Source: Felis catus (Eukaryota). From it: DNA of 64,000 bases. The stretch is from NCBI RefSeq assembly GCF_018350175.1, contig NC_058368.1, positions 53,632,001 through 53,696,000 on the forward strand. Direction: 5' to 3'. The translations under genes were made by a program, and so were the position numbers. The notes below the pieces were generated by a model. It was not told the DNA's origin. It did no database searches and saw only the letters and a program-made list of their open reading frames with translations. Below, one piece after another: positions 36,575-50,059 of this stretch; position 1 is the first letter of the stretch; every line of letters starts with the position of its first letter.

Positions 36575-39500
36575 AGTAAGCAAAACCTTTCAATTCCTTG
36601 CTTGAAAGCTCTGTCATCTTCCTTGAAACCAACCGACCAACACTATGCCACACACAACACACAAAAACTATGCCATTAAGAGTATTGTAGTTTCAAAATG
36701 TTGCCATGATGCCTGAGGAAATCATTTCTACGAACCACTCCATTCAATAGTTCTTATTTCACCCCAGATCAAAGTCCCGGCCCTCCACTGAAGACAGAAA
36801 CCCAAGAAGAACCCAAGCCAGTGAATCAGCAATCCAGCCCCCTCACATCCCCAGGAGTTTAGTTGCAGGAGACTAAATGTGAAACTTGTATAACGAAAAG
36901 CAGCAGCAGGATTGTTATTTTTACTCAACCTTTACATAACTTGAGAATTCTCAGTCTCCAAATCTAGGCTGTTTCTGTATATGGCAGGCCTCCAAAGAGA
37001 GCTTTCACATGTCAGTAGTTCTGGTGGGGCTGAATGATGTCCCTCGAGGTTGGCTCCGGTTTCCTCAATGGGCCACTGCTGACCTCACTGTGAATCCTGG
37101 GGAGAAGTCAGGCTCTGTGTAAGGCAGGTAATTGCTCAGAGCTGCTGGGGACAGGCTGGCACTATTGAGGAGGTCTGTACAGCAGGTTGAAAGTGAGCTC
37201 GGAGCCCTTTCCTGTGTCAGGAGTTCCTCAAACACAGCTGGTGTTGGAGACCACATAGACCCCCGAAGTACCACTCGTGTTTTAGGGGGAGCGTGCGGCT
37301 CCTCACACTACCTCTGCCGTAAGGACACACAAAGATGAATGGCCGGTCCGAATGACAGGGCCACTTCTCTCTGCAAGCTGCATACAGAGCGCTTTGTGTT
37401 CCTGACGATTGCAATACTTCCCTTCTGGCAGACGCAAGCTGGCTTCTCTAGGGCTGCGGAAAGTAACGCTTGTTTCTGAATTGGTTAGAGTTCAATCTCA
37501 ATTATGTCTGGAAACAACACACGTTCCTTTCCCCCTTCTCTATGACTGCAGTGTGAATGTCCAAGTAAACTTGTGCAAGTTCCTTTCAAGTTGAAATCGC
37601 CACACAGCGTTGACATTTATTGGGCACTCCCTCCGGAGCCTTCCTGGCAGCATCGCCTCAGAGGTGTCGCCCCTGCGCCGGGGGGCTCGGAGCCTCACTC
37701 TTTCCAGTCTTCACGTCCCACCCGAGAGTGAGGCTGGAAGGGATTTTTGAACAGGATCACATTCACATCTGCCTCTCCTCCCCCTGCCCCCCCCCCACCC
37801 CGGTACCAAGCCTAATTTCAACTTTTCCCCAAGTGGTATAAAACCCTAGAGCAAATCCAGGAAGGAGAAGAAAGATGATAGAACTGAATTTGTTTGCCAT
37901 TTAAAAGGAACTTTTATTATGCACTCAGCTGGCTCCATAGATTTCCATAAGGTGGCAGACCCACCGACAGTGAAGGAAAATAATCTCTCCCGTACAATTT
38001 TCAGTTCCACCTTTATTACTCGTTTAAAACCTAGGTATTTCAGCTAACCATGTTTCTGAATCGGTGTGCCTCCGATACTTTACGTGGACCTTGATGGACA
38101 AATGAGTGGCATGCCTTTTATTTAGTTATTTCTTTAATGGCACACAACACAGCAGTTTGAGTTGTGAGATGCACCTGTTTTTAGTATCTGCACATACTCA
38201 GCCAGGGCGTGTTGCTGAGTCTGCCCATGCAGCTGTTGTTTTGTCATAAAAAATACAACTGCATTCATGTAGGTTTAAGCCTTGTGAACTCTGTGACTTG
38301 GACTTGTTAAAGGGAGGCAATAAGACTCTGTCTGGACTGCTGATAATAGGTTAGATAAAGATCCCTCACTGACCCTCACACAGCAGTGTTTATAATCATG
38401 GGAGGAAGTCTCTCAAACAATATGCAGTCCAGCAGACAGCAGATGTGGACCATGCAAAATTAATGATTAACTGTGTGCCAGTGTGTTTGTCAGGGAACGG
38501 GACTGCTCTTTAAGGGGCTTACAGAGTCTATGAAAGAAATTAGCTCATGAGAGGGACTCGTAAGGATAAAAGAAAAAAACTTAAGTAGAGGCTTGACATA
38601 TCCTGCTTTTCTCACAGGGCAAAAAGTTAAACATAATGGTCTCCTTTTTACAGTGTGAAGTTCTGACTCTGAAGTCGGGGCAGATCATCCACTTGTTAAA
38701 ACAAGACATGAACATTCCTGTTATTCCTTCAAGGGGGAGAGGGATGGCGTGCACTCACATTGAACTCTAAATGTACCAGAAAGAAGGGGGAAATTATCCG
38801 ACAATTATCTCAGACACAGAAGACCGTGAAACCAAAAATATTAGGAAAGTGACAGCAAAGTAGTAAATACGACTAGATATTCATAATCCATTATCCCTTT
38901 GGATTAAAGGGGCTTTAAAATGCCCAGAAATTCACATCAAAATTTACAGGTAAAAATGAAGGTAAATATTAGTTAACTATTAGCAGCCTTGTAATTTATT
39001 GAGGGCATGTTGCAAGGAACACGATCTTCCAAAATATCTAGTTAAAATGGATTTCACAATGTTAATTTCTTCACGTGACTTCTATTTTCATATTGAATCC
39101 CCGTGTTGGTACAGCAGATGAAAGATTAATAGGAATCCAAGAATTTCTGTGACCCATATAAATCTTGTAATGCTCCTTTAGCTGAAGAATCCTTGGGGTC
39201 CCCATGCCTCAGCCAGCCATGTGGCCGCTCCAGAATGTGTGTGCTTTGCTCCACAGCACATCTTTGCAAAGACAAAATTTAATCCATAAATTTTGAACGA
39301 CTGCTGATAGAACTTATTTTTCTGGTACATTTGGGGCTTCCTTTTGAGTACGGGCTGAGGTCAGTGGAATTCTGTATAGAGAAATTAGGTGTGAGAGTAG
39401 GAGAACGTGCTAAAAGGAGCTAATAAAAGAAGAGGAGGAAACTGCAGTTCTTCGTCTTACAACTAAGTCCTTCTATAGAGAGGCTGATTTGGATCTCTTT

Positions 39501-39723
39501 ACTGAACTTTGTTTCCTTCTGCCCGCACCCCAATCCTGACTCTTCCATCCGGAATGGCTGGTTTATTTGCCGTTCTATCCTCTGCTTCATGAAGTTCCTA
39601 AAATTAATCATTCTAACACAGTTTTTGTCTGTTTTGAATTTGATTTATTTTTTGTATTTATTACAGCATTTAATTCATTTCCATATAATATTTTTCTTAA
39701 GATGTAAGTTTCTTGAGGACAAG

Positions 39724-39726
<3 letters not shown>

Positions 39727-39772
<46 letters not shown>
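39727..39772. repeat. (TA)n microsatellite; imperfect (CA)n nearby at 39893-39945
   Basis: Direct reading. Confidence 0.95.
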
Positions 39773-39776
<4 letters not shown>

Positions 39777-40096
39777 ATATATGTAATACATGTGCTTAGT
39801 CTATATGCTCAAATTGTTTCCTAATATACCAATTGTATTTCAACAAACTTGTGTTACATATGTTGTAAGACAAATGTCGCAAATTGTTCTTTACACACAC
39901 ACACGCACACACACACACACGCACACACACACACACACACATACACTGAGATGTTGGACATAGAGCTAGACCCAATGAAACAGGTAATTGTTTAAGCCTG
40001 AAGAACACATGTTTTATTACTTTTAATTCAGTTTGCTTATGTTATGTCCTCTTCGAATTTTAGATGGTACAGTTCTTTTCATATAAGAATGAAATA

Positions 40097-40294
40097 GGGG
40101 TGCCTGGGTGGCTCAGTCGGTTAAGCATCTGATTTCAGCTCAGGTCATGATCTCACGGTTCATGAGTTCGAGCCCTGTGTCAGGCTCTCTGCTGTCAGTG
40201 TGGAGCCTGCTTTGGAACCTCTGTCTCCCTTGTCTCTCTGCCCCTCCCTTGCTTGTGCATGTGCTCTCTCTCAGAAAATAAGCATTAAAAAAAA
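40097..40294 (+). mobile_element. Can-SINE
   Basis: ggggtgcctgggtggctcagtcggttaag head; A tail. Confidence 0.92.
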
Positions 40295-42349
40295 ATGCGT
40301 TAGCTCCATTGTGGCTTCTGAGACCACTCCCCCTCCTACCAAATCTCATTTGCCCTGGCTGACCCACTTTGGCCCTGAAACTTTTTCCTCCCAGGTTTGG
40401 TGCACTCCCTGTCTGTGCCAGTGTGGAAGGACAGGGGACTGGGCACTGTTTTTAAATGTCACGCACACCGAGTCTCCTTTCTTTGTGTCTACAGCTGACA
40501 GCTGTCCTCATACTACTTGCATGTGGAAAGTTGCAGGTTAACTTTATATCTGTAAAAGTTTTTATTCTGAGCATTTCAGTAGAGTACCTGAGGGAGTCTG
40601 GGTTGTCTTTTGAGGTTGTCTTTACGGGGTCTGCTCTCTTGCTGGCAGATAGTAGCAGGCTGGCATATCCACTGGGGGGGTTGGCAAGCCAGAACTATGT
40701 ATCTGGAGAAGTGATTCCTAGTTGTTGGAGCTTGATAACCCAGTAAAGTTTTTAAAAGTTGGGTACTAACTTTAAAACTGTGAGTAAGGATGTTAAAAAA
40801 TAATGACCATCTCACATAAAAATGATCAAAAAAGGACAGCCCTTAAAATTTAATATATCTCACTTTATGAAAAAATAATTACCTTATTTATATTTTCCTA
40901 AAGACTATAGGAACTTCAAATTGGCCATCACTAGTTGATGGTTTGGCATTTAGGAATTTCTAGCCTAGACCAAGCAGGGAAGCTTTAAAACCAAATTTCC
41001 TCTCATCACCTCTATGGTTGGGAGAGTAGGCTCTATTTTCTTTTGACTGTCTCTTTTGTGATCCACTCAACATTTGAGGAGGAAAGCCCTCAGGACAGAT
41101 TTGGGAAGAGAAAGGGCTCAAGTCCATACAAGGAGGAGAAGAACAATCTTATTTAAGAGTGTCCATGGTTTAGCTTGATTGTACTCTGTTTTGCTACTAA
41201 ATGATCTATGCTTTCCCAGGGGTCATTGTACTATGCAAACCCATGCATGCATGGAAAGTAATAGTATCAGATCTGCATGGCATGGCTCATAACACACAAT
41301 GAACAAAGATAGTTGGTAGATGTTTAAAGTGTGTGTGTATTTTGTATATTCCTGTACAGTTGTGTACAGATTTCCGCATTTGCTAGAATGTTTTTTATTG
41401 GACAAGTTTTTGTATGTGAAAACGTGAGAGATTTGTGTTATGCTCAAATTGTTCCCTAATATATCAATAAAGGGGCAAAAATTTGTGTTTTCAAAACATA
41501 ATGTAGCAGAACTGTATATTTCGGAACAATGACAGGTTCAACAAACACCGGATATAACTTTAAACCTAGGTGAACTCTATCTCTGTGCGAACCAGACACC
41601 AAATGGAGTGTCTCCAACTCTTGAATTCCATATGTAATAATCTTAAACCCCTAGATGTATAATTTGGGGGAAGTCTAAGCCTCCTTGAGCTTTCCATGTC
41701 CTTCTGATCTTGTGGGCCTCTTAATTTCTGGGGTTCTGAATTCTCGATTTCTGTGCTGTGCCCATTGACTCAGGTGCAAAATTCAAAAAGCCCCAAAGAA
41801 TCTGCTCACAAAAAGTGTTGGCTTCATGTTGAGTCAGTTTTGGTGGTGGGGGGAGGTGGGCAAGAACCAGCAGAAAGGGGGATGGGTGTGTGGTCAGGGT
41901 ACTAAACCCATTAGCTTCCTCTCTGTGGTCACCATGGCTGGCTAAATCCTTGGAGGAAGTTATAGTTCCTGAAGGACAGGCCTCTCCACACAGTTTGCTG
42001 CTAACCACCACCCCTCTGCACTTTGAGCCAGAGATAGTAATGGCTGCACTAGAACTACCCTTGTCTACTGCCTTGGTTTCCTACACCTTCCTTGTTCATT
42101 TAACAAGGAAGTCTCCAGGTTCCAGTTTGCATGTGCACCATCTATTTCTTCCTGCAGCCATGACTTGTATACCTGCTTATTTAACTGTAAGCAATTTCCT
42201 TAATCTGCCTGGCTTCAGTTATACCCACTATGAAATGGGGGCAATACCACTCACAGTTGCTATGAGACTTCGATGGGAATAGATGGATGGATAGATCAGT
42301 ACAGTATAAAGAATGTATTAAATAGCAATAGAAAACTATTGTGATTGTT

Positions 42350-42569
42350 ATTATTTTTTTAAAAAAAATTTTAACATTTGTTTTCAAGAGACAGAGACAG
42401 AATGTGAGTGGGGGAGGGGCAGAAAGAGAGGCAGACACAGAATCTGAAGCAGGCTCCAGAGTCTGAGCTGTCAGCAAAGAGCCTGATGCAGGGTTCGAAC
42501 CCACAAACCATGAGATCATGACCTGAGCTGAAGTCGGACGCTTAACCAACTGACCCACTTAGGTGCCCC
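42350..42569 (-). mobile_element. Can-SINE
   Basis: Head, (GA)n, T tail. Confidence 0.92.
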
Positions 42570-42921
42570 GTTTTTTTATTGCTCCTTTAAGTCTCAGTAA
42601 CACCTAACCTTGGTTAGATAACAGTCTGAAGGTTGAACTTAAGATAAAGGAAATGGTTTTTTTCTATGAGATTAAACACCTTCACAGAGTTTACTCCATG
42701 CCACCATTTCATTGACAAAAGTTAAGCACTGATTATGAAGAATTTCATAGAATACCCTCCCACTGAGAGATTTGTCATTGGCCCAGCTCTCATGAATCTG
42801 ACAGTCTAGGTCATCTCCCTCAACACGAGAGGTCTTTGTTATTTGGGAAGGCAAATGTTACTACAATTTTCATAGGAGACAAGTTGGAATTAATATTTAC
42901 TTCAAGCATCTCACATAGAAC

Positions 42922-43354
42922 TTTAAAAAAAATTATATATTTGGACTCAAAAATAAATGTAAAAAAAAATTAAAAAAAAAAAGGGGCGCCTGGGTGGCTC
43001 AGTCGGTTAAGCATCCGACTTTGGCTCAGGTCATGATCTCACAGTCTGTGAGTTCAAGCACTGCATTGGGCTCAGCACCTGCTTTGGATTCTGTGTCTCC
43101 CTCTCTGCCCCTCCCCAACTTGTGCTCTGTCTCTCAAAAATAAATAAATGTAAAAAAAATTTTTTTTTAATTAATTAATTTATTTGGAGAGAGAGCCAGG
43201 GAGGGGCAGAGAGAGAGGGAGAGAGAATTCCAAGCAGGCTCCGTGCTGTTAGTGCGGAGCCCCACGCCGAGCTCAGAGTCACGAACCGTGAGATTGTGAC
43301 CTGAGCCAGAATCAAGAGTCACAGGCTTAACCAACTGAGCCACCCAAACGCCCC
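42922..43354. mobile_element. Compound SINE: plus-strand Can-SINE (42983-43160) nested in the tail of a minus-strand Can-SINE (43161-43354)
   Basis: Outer TSD ctcacatagaac 42910-42921 / 43354-43365. Confidence 0.9.
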
Positions 43355-44399
43355 TCACATAGAACAACTTTTAAAGTTGAATGGGAACTTTCTCTTCAAT
43401 AAAGTCTTTTTAGGCCAATTCTTTGAATTTGTTAGTTTTTTTCTCTGGATTTTTCCTCTCACAGACTCTAGCTTCTGTATTTTCTCTTTTTCTACTCAGA
43501 TTCTCTTCATTACCCTGACTTCCTAGTTTCAACTCTTCTCCTCATTATACTTCTGGATCTTACTTTTAAACTTACAAACAAAAATCCAGTCAACACACAA
43601 GGCAGGTGGCCCATCTCTGCTGAGCAGCAGGCGGAGTCTCAGGTGGCAGATTGTTTCTCTGACATAAATTCCCCTCCCTACCTCCTGCAGACTTTAATCA
43701 CTTTTCACAGCAGCCCATTCGCCTGTAAGGGATCATTGCACAGGGCAGGTAGTGGAGTTAGTATGGCTTTGGGCATGCTCTCTTGCTGGTCAGCATTTGA
43801 GATAATCTCAGGCAGCTACAGTGGCTGGTGAAGATCAAAGGTATTCTGCCTGCCCGAGGTCAAGATCACTCTTGCTTTGCAAGTCTGTGTGCTCTTAAGT
43901 TATGTCCACAGATACTGCTTTCTCTCTCAAAAAAGTTTTAGCAAGAGATACGAAGTGGCAATTAAAATCTTAAAGGCAGATAAATAAAATCACACAAATG
44001 CAGTTCCTTGCATTTTTCTCCTGAGATAACTTAATGTGTCCTAGGCTTGAGGTTTCTTGTACCTCTTGACCAATCCTTCCTTTCCACCTTATTCCACATT
44101 ATTTGCACCTTTCTGGACAGAGGAAATAAGTCACCCTCTAATTAACTCTATACCTAACTCCTCACTTTAACCCACCCAAGCTTTCCCCACAGGCTGCAGG
44201 AATTAGCCTCGACTATATTTGAAGATTTAAAATAAAAAATTAATACCTCCTACTGAGTAAATTCTTGGAATTTTTACCACAGATAAATGTAAAGAATCCT
44301 CTTATTATAGACAAAAACTAAGGGAAAAGTAGCACTAACTCTCCAAGTAATTCAGTTACTACAGTGTGATGGAAAAGAAGATGGGGAGGGCTAAAATGG

Positions 44400-45160
44400 T
44401 TCAGGTTATCTTAAGCATCTTTGAATTGCAAGGAAAGCATCCTATACAAAGTAGCTTAAATGAGAAAGGAACATTACAGGATAAAGGCACATATAATCGA
44501 GTTTAAAGGCAAGGGAAAGTTGAGTCTTACTGGAGACTAGAACAAGGACCTAGAAAATAAAGGCAGCGAATCTCCTACCTTTTCTTTGTCTCTTCTACTT
44601 CTGTCTACACATCTGCTTCCTTCTCCTGTCTCTGCACACAGGCTTTCCCTGCTTCTCCAAGATGTGGTAAATAAACTAATGTTATTCAACAAATTACTGC
44701 AGTGATGAAAATATTCTGTATCTGCACTATTCTGTATGGTAGCCACTAGCCATAGTGGCTGATAACACTTGAAAAATGGCTGGGGTGAAGAAGGATCTGA
44801 AGTTTTAATGAGTTTAACCTGTAAAAGGTTACATGTGGCCAGTCTCTACCATATTAGGCAGCAAAATGGTAAAAGATAACTCTCCAATACTGCCTGTATT
44901 TGCATATCCTCAATAGCAGCAACTAGCAGAGACTGACTAGGAATCTTGAATCCCAAATCCAGTTTCCCAAGAGAGAGACATTGACTGGTTCAGCTTGTGT
45001 TAGGTACCACCACTGGCTCAACAGCTTTGCCAGAGGGATAGGAATATATGCTGGCAATATGGCAGCCAGGGCCAACCCTTATGTGTAGAGAGCAGGATGT
45101 AATTCTTAGAGGAAGAACTACCCATGTTCTGAGTAGTTACCCCAAAAGATATCGACTCCT
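44400..45160. mobile_element. MLT1-type LTR with nested MER3-like hAT-Charlie MITE (~44680-44862)
   Basis: MER3 motifs gatgaaaatattctgtatctgcact...ggtagccactagcca; LTR motif ttgactggttcagcttg.gt.aggt. Confidence 0.6.
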
Positions 45161-47157
45161 TGTGTTAATTTTCTACACTGATTAATTTTACTGATGAATT
45201 TTCAAATTATCTTTACTTACCAATGCAAAATAGACATAAGATTCTTGTTTATGCAAAAATAGGAATTATACTTTTATTAACATCAGGGAGATACTTGGGA
45301 ATAATTCAGAAATCAGATATCTATTTCTGGAGGCATTAGCCTCCTTTTAGTTTTCTCTTTTATAGGCAATTGAGTTTGAGAGGGTAATAGACCACTTGAT
45401 TAGCACTCTCGGGACACAGGAATATTATTCTTCTATCTCTTAGTTTTTCTGCTGTTAAAATTTATCTCCGGTTTCTAACCAGTGGAGCAGGTAGCAGAGG
45501 CCACATAGTTTTGCAACACTTGACCCTGGGATGGAGCCTTCTGCCCTGGTGTTAAGCAATCTTTCTAGTGTGGGTAGATGAAGGGTGTCAAGTACAGTCT
45601 AAGGTCAAAGATCTCACATTTCTTAGGTGGTGCCCTTGATTTAGTCTGAGTATTTTGGCCCTGTCTACCCCATCTGCCCTGACCTTTAAGGCCTATTGGT
45701 TCATTAAGATCTTGGCTATCGACAAGTGACTTATTCTAGCCTCAGGCTTTGCTTTATGGCTTCCCAACCTTGCATGCTCCTTGATCCCAGTTTTTAAGTC
45801 CATTTCCCAACCTCTAGCTTGCTGTGATCCATATCAGGCATGGTTCCTGATTACTCAGATTTTCTGTCTTAACAATCTTCCCTGAGGGCACCAGTCTGAT
45901 GAGTTCCTCTGTCTGGCATGACAGATGGGTTCTTTAGCAAATGTTTTCAGTTGAATGTGTTTCCTACCTTTTTGTTAAAAAGTACATATACGGGGTGCAC
46001 TGATAGCTCAACTAATGAAAACCTGTGTTCTAATGACCTTTATGAAATATTGCCAGAAACTTTATATACCGGATTGGATAATAATAAAGCTATAGGACCT
46101 GCATTCCTACTTTCAAGGAAAATTATCCAAAATAAGGCCCAGAGGATGGCTGCATTGTCTTTTAATGTCCTATTTTAGACACGTCCTCTAATTATTTGAT
46201 TTTATAGGCCAATGTACTATTATTTGACTTTGAAATTATTATTGATTGGTGCCCAGACACCATGTGGTAGAGTCACACGTTTATGTGTAGCTTTTATTCT
46301 ATAGAGATGCAACTGATTTCAGTCTGGTAAAAAGATACACAATGGCTTATTGCCTTGTAGGATATTAATCAGTTTTGTGTCCAACTAGCTTCCTCTGGTA
46401 TTCATTTTTGTATTTCACACTGCCTGGAAATAGTTCCTTAAAATTTTTTTTGAAACAACTTTACCATCTACTGATGTCTTCATTAATTAATGAGTTGAAT
46501 AAATTGTGCACATGTTCGTTGCATATTTGAGTCAGTTCTTAAGTTACGAAAAGTTTGCCAATGCACACGAGATAGGAAGTTTCGTAGTACTAAAATAGTG
46601 TCAGAAGCAAAATCAAATGTGAATCTGGCGATGATAGGAGGAGGAGCTGCGCTGAGAATAGTGAGGTTGAAAGGGAAGAGAGAACAGATAGGCATTGAGT
46701 CAGAGAAGAACATGCCAGAAAGAAAACTTCAGATAGAAGATGGAGCTCCAGTAAGTACACAAGAGTTATCCTGGGCCGACTCTGCCCCATCACCAAGAAG
46801 CCATGGATGAAGAGCTTCATGATTTGAAAAAAACAGACATCTGTTTATTTATGTCTGAAGTTTTCTTTACAGGAAACAAAAACTTCAATACATTAAAAGA
46901 CAACTTTTTTTTTTTTTTAAATCCATTGTTGCTTGGGTGATACTCTGAAACTTGTTAAGGTTTTCTTGGATTAGCTGATATTAAGTGATTCACTTTTAGT
47001 AGAGAAGAAAGTGAGCTTTAGAGGGAACTGGAGTATAATGGGGAAGGGTTGGCATCAAAGAATGGAAGAAGAGAGGAGGGAGAAGTTTGAGGAACAGATG
47101 GCAGTCCATGTAATGCTTTATCTTCAAATATTTGTTATTTTCAAAAGTATTTCCATT

Positions 47158-47228
47158 TCTTATTTTATTTTTATTTTAGGTGTATTTATTTATTTTGAGA
47201 GAGAGAGAGAGAGAGCCAGCAGGGGAGG

Positions 47229-47281
<53 letters not shown>

Positions 47282-47402
47282 GGTCTAAAGCAGGCTCTGA
47301 GCTGTCAGCACATAACCTGATGCGGGGCTCAAACTCACAAACCATGAGATCATGACCTGAGCCAAAGTCAGATGCTTAACTGACTGATTAAGCATGTGCC
47401 CC
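47158..47402 (-). mobile_element. Can-SINE with expanded (GA)n
   Basis: Body motifs and T tail. Confidence 0.9.
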
Positions 47403-50059
47403 TTCATTTCTTTTTTTTAAATAGGGACTTCATTGTTGAAAGTTTATTCCCAAATAATTCATTAGATGAAGCACTGTTACAACTTTTCCCCTTTTCTCAA
47501 AGGGGACCCAACTTTTAGTCGCGTCAACCATTTGCAAATTGTGTGGTTGGCCAGAGTCAGTATATTATATCCTCATCCAGCTATTTTGAAGAGTGAGTAG
47601 AACTGTCTATTTTAACTTCTGAGTCATGTTCTATTTAAGCATAGCACTTTTAATTCTGGTTTTTATCTAACTTGTGAAAGAGAATGCCACATTAATAAAA
47701 CAAGATAAAATAAGTGATTGTTCTCATTTTAAAGAAGAGCTTTCACTTTTTAAATTCCTAATATGAATTCTTTAGGGAATTTTCCCAGTATATTCAAAAT
47801 ATGAATTTATTAAAGGAGGAGGAGAGATTTCTAGAAGCACACCTGCTATGTAATTTGAAGTACTACTGAAACCTTTCTAGCTCTATCTAGTCAAGATAAT
47901 TGGATGAAGATTCCCTATTTCACATTAGCTGGCATCTTCAGTTTCTGGAATGACACCAAGAAACAGATCTAATGAAAGCAGTAGACATTTTGCTTTTTTC
48001 TTCCCCTCCCTCCATCTCTTCTCTTTCCTTTCCAGGCTATGTTCTTGCATAGACAGATCAGTGCTCTGTGTTGAGGCTAAAATGCTTTACACCTGTCTGG
48101 GAGACAGCTCCTCTGGGGATTGAGTACTCACTGCCCCCCCCCCTCCCCCAGCCAAGGTGGAACTAGTAGAGTGTAATATCTGTCTTGGTTAACTCCAGGT
48201 GCTGAGAGAATGGCCAGCAGTCTGTCACTTAAAGTATTACTCAGATTTACATCCCTAAGGGGCTCTGGACAGATACCCTAGAAGGCCAGTCTGTGAACTT
48301 TGGACGGCAGCTACTTTCAGAGAGTTCTGAACGCTCAGCAGCACGCATGGGAAGACCACCTTGCTTGGGTCTGACCCTCAGAACTGTGAAAGACAGGAGC
48401 CACAGGTGCTTGGAGAAGCTGCTTGGAAACTCCATTAGAAACTCCATTCACATCAAGTATGGGCATTGTTGACCGTCCTTATATCCGTCAATGAAGACAA
48501 GCAATAAATTTCCCATCCAGAAAACTAGTTGCATGGGGTCTCCAAATTACAACGAAGATTTTTCCTACTCCCAGTCAAACCGGAAACTCAGCCATCAGAT
48601 TCTTGGCAGGAAAGAAGTCGAATTAAAAGTGACGACAGACTGAGAAGCTTCAAGCTCTGCTGGTAAAGCGAGTAGGGGGAAAGGCAAGAAAAGCACTTCC
48701 TTAACCTCCACCCAGATTGTAAATTTATTTTTGTGTCTTTTAAATAGGTTGGGCTCAAGCTTTTTGGCAAAATGACAAAATGAAATTTTCAAATCTTCCT
48801 TTACATTTCACAGATATGAATGGTACCAGGCTTACCATTAAAAAAACAAACAAACAAAAAAAACCCCAAGAAACAAAACAAAACACAGTTGAGCTTCTAG
48901 CCTGTACTCCCCCCCCCCCCCATTAATGGGTTCTTTCCAAGACAGGAAATCAACAAGAGAGAAAATTTATAGCTGGTCTAAGTTAAAGAATGCTGTTCTG
49001 AGCACTGGATTTTCTTTTCTGCTTTTAAATATCCCCATTTGTCTTCACATTTTCTTTTCCAAACTCCTCCCTATCCCATTCCATGCGGTAGATGCTTAAT
49101 ATGCTAACACTTATGAGAACAGAAGGCTTTCTCCAGAGAGAGTCACAGAGCTGTTCTGTGTGACTGCCAGAACCGCCGACCTGAACCCTCCCTGCCCTGC
49201 CAGGATGCAATCTGTCTCCAGTCCCTCGGCAGACGAGAGGCCCAGGGGCACCTTGGACTAGCTTTCTCCTTCCAGAATTGGAAGATGGCTTCAAAGATGG
49301 AGTGAACTCTCCAGAAAGATTTTTTTTAAATAAGGTTATCTATGGATGGGACCGACTGAAAAAGACACTGGCTAGGGACATGCATTTTTGTCAGCAATAT
49401 CTCTCTTCACTCTAGACCCTCATTCTGTTAAAAAGATTTTTTTTTTCAAAAATTTACGTCTTCTAATATGCCTTTTAGTAGTATGCACTGAGATGATTAA
49501 GATCGGGCTCTGATCTTATAATTATATGAGTCATGGTGCATAATTATGTGAGACAAACCTTTAAAAAGAGAAGGAGAGATATAATTTAATACATGTTTGT
49601 CTATTAGTATCTTGGAATTAGTATCTTGCCATCTCCTGAGGTCACAGAGAAAGAAGAGGATAGTATCACAGACCTCAAGGACTTTCTTTTTATTCATTCT
49701 TTTTAATTAAAAAAAAAAGAATTGAGATTTTTCCAGCAATAAAATTTGCAAAGATTATTTTTATACCGTCATCTCTGCTAGTATGAGCAGGAGACGAGGA
49801 AGTTGGCATTTTAAACATTGCTCATAGTATACATTTTTGGAAGACAATTAAAGTACACAATTTACAGATGAAATGACAGGGCATCTGGGGTTTGCTTTAA
49901 AACTGTCTAGTAGGATGTGGTTGGAGGGAAGTCGAGTGGCAAGAGCAAAACAAGATCAACTGTATATTAATAATTGTTGAAGTTCACTAATGAATATGTG
50001 TAGGTACATTACACTATTTTCTCTAGTTTGTATATGTTTAAATTTTCATAATCATTTCT

